A DNA stretch of 64,000 bases, taken from Actinomycetota bacterium. Its GTDB lineage: Bacteria > Actinomycetota > Acidimicrobiia > IMCC26256 > JAENVU01. This document shows, in pieces, positions 17,504 to 26,295 of this stretch (positions are counted from its first letter, which is position 1; each line of letters opens with the position of its first letter). The stretch lies in contig VGBT01000004.1 in assembly GCA_016870395.1 (NCBI GenBank), forward strand, positions 64,013 to 128,012. Reading direction: 5' to 3'. A program made the translations under genes and the position numbers. The notes under the pieces were generated by a model. The model made no database searches and was not told the origin of the DNA. It was given only the letters and a program-made list of their open reading frames with translations.

Positions 17504-18496
17504 CTACCCGGCCGGTCGGATCCGCGGCATCACCTCGGCCGCGAACAGCTCGAGGCTCTCCCACGCGATCTCGGGTGGGAGCCCGCCGGCGAGCGGGTTG
17601 AAGGTCATGGTCCCCGTGGGCGGAACGGCTTCCGCGACCGAGACCACCTCGTCCGGCGTCCCGACCACGATCTGGCGGCTGGCCTTGAGGTCGTCGACCG
17701 ACGCGGCGGCAATCATCGGCGTGGACACCTGGCCGCCGGTCTGGAAGCCCGCGTAGGTCTGGGCCTCGTAGAGCAGGTACTCGCCGATCTGGTCCCAGGT
17801 GCGTTCGGGGTCGTGCGTCACGTGCACGTACGTCGGACCCTCCGGCACCATCACGAAGCCGCCCTCGAAGCCCACCTTGGCCGCCTCGTCCGCATACCAC
17901 TCGGTGAGCCGCGGGTCGGTGTTCATCGGCATCATCGGGAGGCGCAGTCGCGCCGCGCGCCGCGCCGCCGCTTCGACGCCACCGCCGATCATGAGCGTGG
18001 GGTGCGGCTGGGTGAGCGGCTTCGGCGTCACGCGAATCGTGCGGCCCTGCCACTCGAACGGCTCTCCGGTCCATGCCTTCAGGATCACCTCGACGTGCTC
18101 CTCGAGCAGGCGCCCCCGGCGCGTCCGCTCCACGCCCGCCATCTCGAACTCCTCGGGCCGGTACCCGGCTGCCGCGACCGTCCACACCCGTCCCCCGCTG
18201 GCGAGGTCGAGGACCGCGAGCTGCTCGGCCACGCGCACCGGGTCGTGCAGCGGCACGATGAGCGCGGAGACGAAGATCGGGATGCGGCTCGTCGCTCCGG
18301 CGACCACGGCAGCCAGAGTCAACGGCGCGGGCAGCCAGCCGTCGTCGAGCCCGTGGTGCTCCGAGACGACCGCGAAGTCCCAGCCCTGCGCGTCGGCCCA
18401 GTGGAACATGTCGAGCGCTGCGCCGTAGATCTCCGCCGGCGACGCCGCGCCGAACGCCGGCGCGCGGAAGTCGTGGCGCATGGTCAGCAGGGGCAT
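17504..18496 (-). CDS. LLM-class flavin/F420-dependent oxidoreductase
   Basis: MPLLTMRHDFRAPAF...VSEHHG...LDLASGGRV. Start at ATG 18496, 2 nt from the upstream stop. Confidence 0.85.
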   Translation of the reverse strand: MPLLTMRHDFRAPAFGAASPAEIYGAALDMFHWADAQGWDFAVVSEHHGLDDGWLPAPLTLAAVVAGATSRIPIFVSALIVPLHDPVRVAEQLAVLDLASGGRVWTVAAAGYRPEEFEMAGVERTRRGRLLEEHVEVILKAWTGEPFEWQGRTIRVTPKPLTQPHPTLMIGGGVEAAARRAARLRLPMMPMNTDPRLTEWYADEAAKVGFEGGFVMVPEGPTYVHVTHDPERTWDQIGEYLLYEAQTYAGFQTGGQVSTPMIAAASVDDLKASRQIVVGTPDEVVSVAEAVPPTGTMTFNPLAGGLPPEIAWESLELFAAEVMPRIRPAG

Positions 18497-18498
18497 CC

Positions 18499-19440
18499 TC
18501 AGCCCTCTCCTCGGGCGAGCAGCGGACCGACCTCGTCGCCGAAGGCGGTCATCTGGTCGCACAGCTCGTCGATCGAACGCGACGCGAAGCGCAGCTGCAG
18601 GTGGGAGACCCCCATCGCGCCGTACTCGTTGAGCGACTCGGCGATACGTTCTGCGGAGCCGGTCAGCGCGTACCGCGGGACGTCCCAACCCGGCTCGCCC
18701 ACGTAGACGTGCTCGGTGATGACCCCGACCTCTATCGACGCACCGGGTCGCACTCGGTCGCGTTCCGCGTGGAGGAAAGCGATCGACTCGGGCATCAGCT
18801 TGCGTGGCGTGCCCTGCGGGATCCAGCCGTCACCGCGCGCGGCGACGCGCCGGAGCGCGGGCTTCGACGACCCCCCGACCCAGATCGGCGGGCGTGGACG
18901 CTGTGCGGGTCGCGGGCGCAGGCCGACATCGCCGACGAACTCGTCGGTCCAGGCGGCGACGATTTCGTCGACAGCCGCGTCGGTGAGCGCACCGCGGTTC
19001 GCGAACGGTACGCCCAGCGCGGCGAATTCACCCTCCACGTGGCCGGCCCCGACGCCGAGAATCACTCGCCCTCCGGACAGGTGGTCAAGGGTCGCGAAGG
19101 CCTTCGCAGTCTCGAGCGGGCGGCGGTACGCGACGACGTACACGTTGGTCATGAGCCGCGCCTGCTCGGTCTGCCCCGCGAGCCACCCCAGCGTCGCGAC
19201 CGGGTTGAACCACGTCGTCGACATCGTCTCGGCCTTGTCGCGCGGAATCGCGACGTGGTCGCACACCGCGACGTAGAAGAACCCGGCTGCGTCGGCGGCC
19301 TGCGCGGCGCGCAACAGCTCGGCCGGCCCCGCCTCCCGCTCCCACGGCATCGACGTGAGCAGGCTGAGGGCCTGCACCGGGAGCTGGATCCCGTAGGCCA
19401 ACCGGCCTTCCGGGATCACCGACACGCTCGGATGGGTCAT
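18499..19440 (-). CDS. LLM-class F420-dependent oxidoreductase
   Basis: Blocks VAVCDHV, LDHLSGGRVILGVGAGH and IWVGGSS. Confidence 0.85.
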   Translation of the reverse strand: MTHPSVSVIPEGRLAYGIQLPVQALSLLTSMPWEREAGPAELLRAAQAADAAGFFYVAVCDHVAIPRDKAETMSTTWFNPVATLGWLAGQTEQARLMTNVYVVAYRRPLETAKAFATLDHLSGGRVILGVGAGHVEGEFAALGVPFANRGALTDAAVDEIVAAWTDEFVGDVGLRPRPAQRPRPPIWVGGSSKPALRRVAARGDGWIPQGTPRKLMPESIAFLHAERDRVRPGASIEVGVITEHVYVGEPGWDVPRYALTGSAERIAESLNEYGAMGVSHLQLRFASRSIDELCDQMTAFGDEVGPLLARGEG

Positions 19441-20579
19441 CGCCGGCCTCCGTCGACGAGCTGGGCATCGCGCTGGCGCGCGGTCGAGTGCACCGGGTCT
19501 TGGTCGAACGCGGGGATCACGTCACGGCCGAACGTCTCGACCGACTCCACGGCGACATCCACCGGCAGCGTGTTGTTGAGCACCCCGAAGACGAGCTGGT
19601 CGGCGCCTGCTTGGCGCCAGCGCTCGACGGACCGGGCGACGTCCTCCGGCGCACCGATGCTCCGGCGGCCGTCGCGGATCGCCGCGTACAGGTCGTCGGC
19701 GCTCGGCTCGTCGACCGTGAAGGAGCTGCGGTCGATCTCCGGCGGCAACGGGATCGAGTCGAGCCATCGGACCACCAGCGACTGGTAGTGCGACGCGCCC
19801 ATGTGACGGAACGTGTCGACCGCGCGATCGCGATCGTCGAGGCAGAGCAGCATCGACACGCACGCGACGTTGTCGTTCACGTAGGCGCCGACGGGCTCGG
19901 TGCACTCGGCCACAGCCGCCTTGTACGTGTCGATCAACGGAGCGAGATCCTCGGGATCGCCCATCGTGAAGCACAGGGCGCCCATGCCGAGCCTGCCGGC
20001 CTTCTCGAACGTCGCCGGGCTCCCGCACGCCAGCCACAGCGGCGGGTGCGGCACGGTCCAGCACCGCGGCAGCACGGTGCGCGGCGGCATCGAGAACCCG
20101 CGGCCCTCGAAGGAGTACGGAGCCTCGGCCAGGATGCGCATCAGCTCGGGCAGCGCCTCGTCGAAGAGCTCGCGGGTGAGGTCCGCGTCGGGGATGCCGA
20201 ACCCCTGGTACTCGGTGCTCGACGATCCTCGGCCCACCCCGAGCTCGAAGCGGCCGTCGCTCAGGTGGTCGAGCATCGCGACGCGCTCGGCCACCCGCGC
20301 CGGGTGGTTCACCGGGGGCGTCACGTTGAAGATCCCGGCGCCGAGATGAAGGCGTTCCGTCTTCGCGGCGACGTAGCCCATCAGCACCTCGCTCGCGGAG
20401 ACGTGCGAGTACTCCTGCAGGAAGTGGTGCTCGGTGAACCACGAGTACTTGAAGCCGGCGCGGTCGGCGGCCACCGCGACGGCGACCTCGTCGAGCAGCC
20501 GTGCGTGCTCTGCGCGACGTTGCGCGTCGGGATCGGGGCGCGCCGGAACGTGACCCGAATGGAAGACGCCGAACTCCAT
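19437..20579 (-). CDS. LLM-class flavin-dependent oxidoreductase
   Basis: MEFGVFHSGHV...WFTEHHF...LDHLSDGRFELGVGRG. ATGA overlap with the downstream LLM gene. Confidence 0.85.
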   Translation of the reverse strand: MEFGVFHSGHVPARPDPDAQRRAEHARLLDEVAVAVAADRAGFKYSWFTEHHFLQEYSHVSASEVLMGYVAAKTERLHLGAGIFNVTPPVNHPARVAERVAMLDHLSDGRFELGVGRGSSSTEYQGFGIPDADLTRELFDEALPELMRILAEAPYSFEGRGFSMPPRTVLPRCWTVPHPPLWLACGSPATFEKAGRLGMGALCFTMGDPEDLAPLIDTYKAAVAECTEPVGAYVNDNVACVSMLLCLDDRDRAVDTFRHMGASHYQSLVVRWLDSIPLPPEIDRSSFTVDEPSADDLYAAIRDGRRSIGAPEDVARSVERWRQAGADQLVFGVLNNTLPVDVAVESVETFGRDVIPAFDQDPVHSTARQRDAQLVDGGRR

Positions 20580-20598
20580 CTCAATTGCTCCGCTCGTT

Positions 20599-20621
20599 GC
20601 GGGCCGGGATACCCGGCCCGC
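20599..20621 (-). other. GC-rich intercistronic hairpin (10-bp stem, loop ATA) between the ALDH and LLM genes
   Basis: gcgggccggg-ata-cccggcccgc. It lies 76 nt after the ALDH stop and 20 nt before the LLM start. Confidence 0.45.
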
Positions 20622-20696
20622 GGCCACTCGCTCCGCAGTGCGTGCTCCGCCGCGCTACGCACGCGTCGCGCCCGATCGAGCCTTCGCCAGGGGCGC

Positions 20697-22175
20697 TCAT
20701 CCCGGCCAGACGACCGACTGCAGCTCGCTGTACGCGTGGAGGCCGAACGAGCCGCCGTCGCGGCCGACGCCGCTCTGCTTCGTGCCGCCGAACGGCGTCT
20801 CCTGGTTTCGCTGCACGGTGTTGATGCCGACGTTGCCCGCCTGCATCCGCCGGCTGAGTGCCATCGCGCGCGCCGAGTCCTTGGAGAACACGTAGTCGTA
20901 GAGCCCGAACTCGGTGCCGTTGGCCAGCGCGACGCCCTCATCGTCGTCGTCGAAGGGCACGGCCACGATCACCGGGCCGAAGATCTCCTCCTGCACCACC
21001 TTCATCCCGGCCCGGCACCCGGCGATGAGCGTGGGCTCCACGTACCAGCCACGCTCGAGGTTGCTCGGTCGGCCGCCGCCCGCGACGAGCTCGCCGCCTT
21101 CCTCGCTGCCGGCCGCGATGTAGCCCTCGATGCGGGCCCGGTGGGCCTCGGTAATCACCGGACCGACCACGGTGTCGGGTGCGAGCGGGTCGCCGACCTT
21201 GAGGACCGTGGCCATCTTCGCCAGACCCTCCACGACGTGGTCGTAGATCGAGCGGTGCACGATCGCGCGGGTCGGCGCGGTGCAGATCTGGCCCGAGTGG
21301 AACGTCCAGACCGAGCCGATCATCCCGATCGCGTTCTTCACGTCGGCGTCGTCGAGCACGACCGCGGCGCCCTTGCCCCCGAGCTCGAGGAGCTGGCGCT
21401 TCATCGTGGCGCCCGCGACCTCGCCGATCCGCGCGCCGACGGCCGACGAACCGGTGAAGCTCACCATGTCGACGTCGGGCGAGCCGACGAGCGCCTCGCC
21501 GGTGGCCGGGGTCGAGCCGGTGACCACGTTGACGACGCCGGGCGGGAACCCGACGTCTGCGAGCAGCTTCACGAGCTCGATCACCGCGAGGGGGTCTTGG
21601 CCGGCGGGCCGCACCACCACCGTGTTGCCCATGGCGAGCGCCGGGGCGATCTTGCCGACCATGTTGACGATGGGAAAGTTGTACGAGGTGATGCACGCGA
21701 CCACCCCGACCGGCTGGCGCCGCGCCAGCGCGCCGATCAGCCCGCCGGGCGCGAGCGGCGTGGCCGTCACCTCCTGGGGCGGCAGCGGGAGGATCGTCGG
21801 CTCGAAGGCGCCCCGGGCGTAGCGCTGGAATCGGACGGCGGCCTGGGGCACCTGCATCGACTTGCCGACCGTCGCGGTGCAGCCGGTCTCCGCGATGACG
21901 AGCGGCACGAGCTCGTCACGGCGGGCCAGCAGGGCCTTGCCGGCCGCGTCGAGCAGGTTGGCCCGCTCCTCGGGCGTCGTGCGCGACCAGGCGTCGAAGG
22001 CGTCGCGGGCCGCGCGGGCGGCGTCGAGCGCCTGGGCCGCCGAGGCCTCGGGCGCCCCGCCGACCTCCTCCTCGGTGGCCGGGTTCACCACGGTGTAGGT
22101 GCCCTCGGCGCCCTCGACCCACGACCCGCCGATGAGCAGCCGGTACCGATCGTCGCCTGCAAGCGTGCGCGTCAA
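20697..22175 (-). CDS. NAD(P)-dependent aldehyde dehydrogenase
   Basis: Motifs ELGGKGA and FHSGQICTAP (catalytic Cys), plus EEIFGPV. Confidence 0.92.
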   Translation of the reverse strand: MTRTLAGDDRYRLLIGGSWVEGAEGTYTVVNPATEEEVGGAPEASAAQALDAARAARDAFDAWSRTTPEERANLLDAAGKALLARRDELVPLVIAETGCTATVGKSMQVPQAAVRFQRYARGAFEPTILPLPPQEVTATPLAPGGLIGALARRQPVGVVACITSYNFPIVNMVGKIAPALAMGNTVVVRPAGQDPLAVIELVKLLADVGFPPGVVNVVTGSTPATGEALVGSPDVDMVSFTGSSAVGARIGEVAGATMKRQLLELGGKGAAVVLDDADVKNAIGMIGSVWTFHSGQICTAPTRAIVHRSIYDHVVEGLAKMATVLKVGDPLAPDTVVGPVITEAHRARIEGYIAAGSEEGGELVAGGGRPSNLERGWYVEPTLIAGCRAGMKVVQEEIFGPVIVAVPFDDDDEGVALANGTEFGLYDYVFSKDSARAMALSRRMQAGNVGINTVQRNQETPFGGTKQSGVGRDGGSFGLHAYSELQSVVWPG

Positions 22176-22215
22176 CCCGCTCCCCCACCTGTCTCGACCG
22201 CCGGACGCCCGAGAC

Positions 22216-22229
22216 TAGAACACGTTCTC
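22216..22229. promoter_or_regulatory. KstR-like TetR operator candidate TAGAACACGTTCTC
   Basis: 13/14 match to the mycobacterial KstR palindrome TAGAACnnGTTCTA (TnnAACnnGTTnnA). It sits in a low-GC island 41 nt upstream of the ALDH start. Confidence 0.5.
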
Positions 22230-22277
22230 ATTCTGGTCCAACATGCAAGCGGACCGCGATCCCGCGCTCGGCGTCGC

Positions 22278-23495
22278 TCAGGCAGGGAGGTCGAGGCGCA
22301 GCATCCGGATCGCGTTGGTGCGCACGATCTTGGTGATCGTCTCGTCGTCGAGACCGTCCATGATGCACATCGCGACCTCGAGCGTGTCGGGCCAGGTCGA
22401 GTCGGAGTGGGGGTAGTCGGTCTCGAAGGTGACGTTGTCGACGCCCACCACGTCGAGCGACGCCAGGCCGTGGGGGTCGTCGAAGAAGCAGCCGGTCACG
22501 TGGTCGCGGTAGTACTCCGACGGCGGCCGCTTCACCTTGTCGGCCACGCCGCCCCAGCCCCGGTTGTCCTCCCAGACCTTGTCGGCGCGCTCGAGTACGT
22601 ACGGGATCCAGCCGATCTGGCCCTCCGAGTAGGCGACTTCGAGCGTGGGGAACCGCTCGAACAGGCCCGACATGAGGAAGTCGGTGAGCGACATCGCCGC
22701 ATTCATGTACGTGAGCGTGGAGCTCACCGCGGGCGGCGCGTCGGGCGACGTGGACGGCATCTTCGAGCTCGACCCGATGTGCATGCACACCACGGTCTCG
22801 GTCTCGGCGCAGGCGGCGAAGAAGGGGTCCCAGTAGCCGTCGGGATCGTGGACCGAGGGCAGGCCCAGGAACGGCGGGATCTCGCTGAAGCACACCGCGT
22901 GCCCGCCGCGCGCCGCGTTGCGCCGGACCTCGTCGGCCGCGAGGTGCGCGTCCCAGAGCTGGGTGATGGGCAGCGGCACCAGCCGGCCGTCGGAGCCGGC
23001 ACACCACTCGTCGAACATCCAGTCGTTGTAGGCCTTCACGCAGAGGTCGGCGAGCTCCTTGTCGGCACGCTCGAGGAACGTCTGACCACAGAAGCGCGGG
23101 AACGTCGGGAACGACAGCGACACCTCGGTGTGGTTCACGTCCATGTCGGCGAGGCGGGCCTTGGGGTCCCAGCAGCCCTTGCGCATGTCGTCCATCGTGA
23201 TCGGCGACACCGTCACCTCGTTGCGCGGGTAGCCGGCCGCGGCCATCACGCGCGTCAGCGGGTAGCGGAAATCCTCCACGTACCACCAGTCGCACCAGGT
23301 GCCGTCCTCGCCCTCTTCGGCCTCGCGGTACGAGAACACGCCGCCGACGAAGGACATCTCGGCGATCTTGTTGCGCACCACGCGCGGACCGACCCCGCGG
23401 AAGCGCTCCGGGAGGCGATCCTGCCACACGTTCGGCGGCTCCATGACGTGGTCGTCGACCGAGATGATCCTCGGGAAGGTCTCCGGGGTGAACAT
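22278..23495 (-). CDS. Amidohydrolase-2 family protein (ACMSD-like metal-dependent hydrolase/decarboxylase)
   Basis: Motifs ISVDDHVMEPP, CFSE, VCMHIGS and ETDYPHSDS. Confidence 0.88.
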   Translation of the reverse strand: MFTPETFPRIISVDDHVMEPPNVWQDRLPERFRGVGPRVVRNKIAEMSFVGGVFSYREAEEGEDGTWCDWWYVEDFRYPLTRVMAAAGYPRNEVTVSPITMDDMRKGCWDPKARLADMDVNHTEVSLSFPTFPRFCGQTFLERADKELADLCVKAYNDWMFDEWCAGSDGRLVPLPITQLWDAHLAADEVRRNAARGGHAVCFSEIPPFLGLPSVHDPDGYWDPFFAACAETETVVCMHIGSSSKMPSTSPDAPPAVSSTLTYMNAAMSLTDFLMSGLFERFPTLEVAYSEGQIGWIPYVLERADKVWEDNRGWGGVADKVKRPPSEYYRDHVTGCFFDDPHGLASLDVVGVDNVTFETDYPHSDSTWPDTLEVAMCIMDGLDDETITKIVRTNAIRMLRLDLPA

Positions 23496-23546
23496 GGCCT
23501 CATGGTATCTCCGACGCCCTGATCAGATTGCGGCGACCGCGTCCGT

Positions 23547-24170
23547 TCATCCGCGCCAGGAGGCGAGCACGTCGGCGGTGGTGGTCAGCGTGGCGACGAG
23601 GCTCAGCGTGTTGTCGATCACCGACTGGGCGTACTCAGCCGGGACGCCTGCCACCGCGTCGACCGGAATGACGAACTGGTAGCCCCGGTTCACGGCGTCG
23701 AACCCGAAGTTGGTCATCCCGATGTTCACCGAGACTCCGACGCCGACGATCGTGGTGACACCCAGGTTGCGCAGCACCGGATCGAGCTGCGTCCCCGTCA
23801 TGGGCCCCAGCCCGTGATGGCGCGGGAGCACAAGGTCGCCGGGATCGACGCCGATCACGTCGGGCACCTGCACCGCGGCGCTGCCGGGCGAGAGCGGAAC
23901 GGGCGACTTGCGCACGCCGAGGAAGAGCCGGGCGTTGCGGTTGGCGCCCTTCAGGTCGTCGCGCGTCTCGGCGGTGCAGTGCACGACCGGGATGCCGAGC
24001 ACGCGCGCCGCGCGGGCCAGCGCCGCGCAGTGCTCCACTAGACCGACGGCGGCAGCGGCCTCGGCGAGCGCCGGAAGCGCGGAGGGGCTGCCGACCACGC
24101 CGTTCTGTACCTCCTGGAGCACGAGCGCGGTGTGGTCGGGTGCGACAAGTGCTGCGAGCTCGAACGGCAT
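23547..24170 (-). CDS. Isochorismatase/cysteine hydrolase family protein
   Basis: ALVLQEVQNG...VVHC...TTIVGVGVSVNIGM pattern; 207 aa. Confidence 0.85.
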   Translation of the reverse strand: MPFELAALVAPDHTALVLQEVQNGVVGSPSALPALAEAAAAVGLVEHCAALARAARVLGIPVVHCTAETRDDLKGANRNARLFLGVRKSPVPLSPGSAAVQVPDVIGVDPGDLVLPRHHGLGPMTGTQLDPVLRNLGVTTIVGVGVSVNIGMTNFGFDAVNRGYQFVIPVDAVAGVPAEYAQSVIDNTLSLVATLTTTADVLASWRG

Positions 24171-24179
24171 CTTTGCCCC

Positions 24180-25877
24180 TTACTCTTCTAAAAACTGGAG
24201 CTCGTCGGTCTCGAGCAGCACCTTCTTGACCACCTTGCCCGTCGCGTTGCGCGGCAGCGACTCGGCGCGGACCTCGAAGCTCGACGGGACCTTGTAGTAC
24301 GCGAGGGTCGCCGCACAGAAGTCCTGCAGCTCCGAGGGGTCGAGGCGCACACCCTCGCGTGGCACCACCACGGCCTTCACCGCCTGCCCGAGGTCGTCGT
24401 CGGGGACACCGATCACCGCGACCTCGGCGACGTCGGGGTGCTCCTCGAGCCGGTTCTCGATTTCCACCGGGTAGACGTTTTCGCCGCCGCGCAGGATGAG
24501 GTCGTGACGACGCGTCGCGAGGTAGAGGCGACCGGCGACGAGCCGACCGACGTCGCCGGTGCGCAGCCAGTGTCCGGCCAGGATGGTCTCCGAGGTCGCA
24601 TCCGGACGGCGCCAGTAGCCCGGCATCACCATCGGGCCGCGCAGGCAGATCTCGCCGTCCTCGCCGGGTACGACAGGTTCGCCGAGCGGGTCAAGGATCT
24701 CGAACTGCACCGTGGGCAGCGGCCGACCCACCGACTCGGGGAAGGCTGCGAGCTCCGCTCCGCTGTTCACCGACGCGAGCGCGGCGCACTCCGTCTGTCC
24801 GTAGCCGACGCCCATCGTCCCGGTCAGGTTGGGGATCGCCTCGCGGGCCCGGCGCTGGAGCGCGGGCGAGAACGTGGCACCACCGCCACCGCCCTGACGC
24901 AGCGAGGAGAGGTCGTACCGACCGAGGTCGGGGTGCGTGACGACCCGATGCAACATCGTCGGCGTGTACGACCAGCCGGTGATCCGCTCGGACTCGATGA
25001 GGCGCATCACGTTGACCGGGTCGAAGCGGCCGACCGGCCACACCGAGGTGAGCCCCGACATCATGAAGGCGACGGCGCCCATGTGCAGTCCCGACACGTG
25101 GAAGAGCGGGTATGTCACGAGCTGGCGGGGCGTGACGGGCGCCGTGCCGGCCGGCGGCGGGTTGAGCATCATCATCCGCGCGCCGTGGAAGAAGGACAGG
25201 CCGACCGCGGCGATCACGTTGCGGTGCGTGTTGATCGCACCCTTGGGCCGGCCCGTCGTGCCGCTCGTATACAGGATCAGCGCCGGGTCGTCCTCGGCGA
25301 TGGCAACGTCGGGGAGCGGCGCGTCGAGGTCGTGGTGCCAGAGGGCGTCGAAGTCGTCCTCGATGACGACGGTCGGAACACCCGGATCGTCGCCGCCGAG
25401 CCGCTCCAGGCGCTTGCGGTCGGCAACGAGCACCTTGGGTTCGGCATCGTCGACGCCGAACCGGATCTCGGGACCCACCCACCAGCCGTTGAGCCCGACC
25501 GCGATCGCGCCGAGGCTGACCGCGGCCCAGAAGGTGACGATCCACTCGGGGCAGTTCGCCGCGAGGATCGCGACCCGGTCGCCAGGTCCGACGCCGAAGC
25601 GCTCCCCCAGCGCGCGCGCTACCGATGCCACCAACCGCTCGTGTTCGGCGAAGGTGAGCACCCGACGGGCATCGGCGTCGGCGAAGACCAGGTACTCCCG
25701 TTCGCCGAACCCTCGCGCGGCCACGAGCGCCTCCCGCAGCGACGGAAGCCGGTTCGCGAACACGGCCATTCGCTCGCCGAGCACCTCATCCTCGGCGAGC
25801 GCGAACAACCCACCCGGGGCCAGCAGTTCGGTCTCGATGCGGGCGAGCGCCTCGGGGATCTGGAGGGCGTCGGTCAC
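24180..25877 (-). CDS. AMP-dependent acyl-CoA synthetase/ligase
   Basis: Motifs YTSGTTGRPKG, GYGQTE, TGDVG and YKVP. Start set at GTG 25877, preceded by AGGAGA 8 nt upstream. The longer ORF extension is junk. Confidence 0.85.
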   Translation of the reverse strand: MTDALQIPEALARIETELLAPGGLFALAEDEVLGERMAVFANRLPSLREALVAARGFGEREYLVFADADARRVLTFAEHERLVASVARALGERFGVGPGDRVAILAANCPEWIVTFWAAVSLGAIAVGLNGWWVGPEIRFGVDDAEPKVLVADRKRLERLGGDDPGVPTVVIEDDFDALWHHDLDAPLPDVAIAEDDPALILYTSGTTGRPKGAINTHRNVIAAVGLSFFHGARMMMLNPPPAGTAPVTPRQLVTYPLFHVSGLHMGAVAFMMSGLTSVWPVGRFDPVNVMRLIESERITGWSYTPTMLHRVVTHPDLGRYDLSSLRQGGGGGATFSPALQRRAREAIPNLTGTMGVGYGQTECAALASVNSGAELAAFPESVGRPLPTVQFEILDPLGEPVVPGEDGEICLRGPMVMPGYWRRPDATSETILAGHWLRTGDVGRLVAGRLYLATRRHDLILRGGENVYPVEIENRLEEHPDVAEVAVIGVPDDDLGQAVKAVVVPREGVRLDPSELQDFCAATLAYYKVPSSFEVRAESLPRNATGKVVKKVLLETDELQFLEE

Positions 25878-25967
25878 GGCTGCATTCTCCTGGACGGGAG
25901 CGCGCAGGCTAGCGGCGCGCGGTCGTCGGTGCTGCCGCGATCCATGGCCTCCGCGGCTCCGGCACGG

Positions 25968-25989
25968 CGCTAGTGCGAATGCACTAGCG
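25968..25989. promoter_or_regulatory. 9-bp-arm palindrome CGCTAGTGC-GAAT-GCACTAGCG upstream of the acyl-CoA ligase operon
   Basis: Perfect inverted repeat with lower GC than its surroundings, about 95 nt upstream of start 25877, inside a 418-nt intergenic region. Confidence 0.35.
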
Positions 25990-26145
25990 GCCAGCCCTGC
26001 GGCGACGCCGTTCTTCGTCGTTCGGGCGGCCTCAACTCGCAATCGGACATTCGGCGGGCCATGATGGCGTCCTGCGCCCCCGGGGTCGCGGGTCGCGGGC
26101 CCCCCTGCCCGGCTCGTCGGCCTGCCCCCGGGGGCCTCTTTCTCG

Positions 26146-26228
26146 CTGAACGTCCCGGACTCCCCGCGATCCAACCCTGAGCACCGGCCCAAGGCGACCG
26201 AGCAGCCAGCGGCGACGCCGACGCTCAG
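26146..26228. repeat. ~82-nt intergenic element, copy B (TIR CTGAACGTC...GACGCTCAG)
   Basis: Contains CCGGAC, CCTGAGCACCGGCCCAAGG..ACCGAGC and a terminal GCTCAG. It aligns with copy A over roughly 60 nt. Confidence 0.65.
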
Positions 26229-26295
26229 GAACCTCGCTCAAGCGTCCCGGGCCGTCGACTCAGGTCAAGCCCGGCTGCGAGCCGATGCATTCGGT

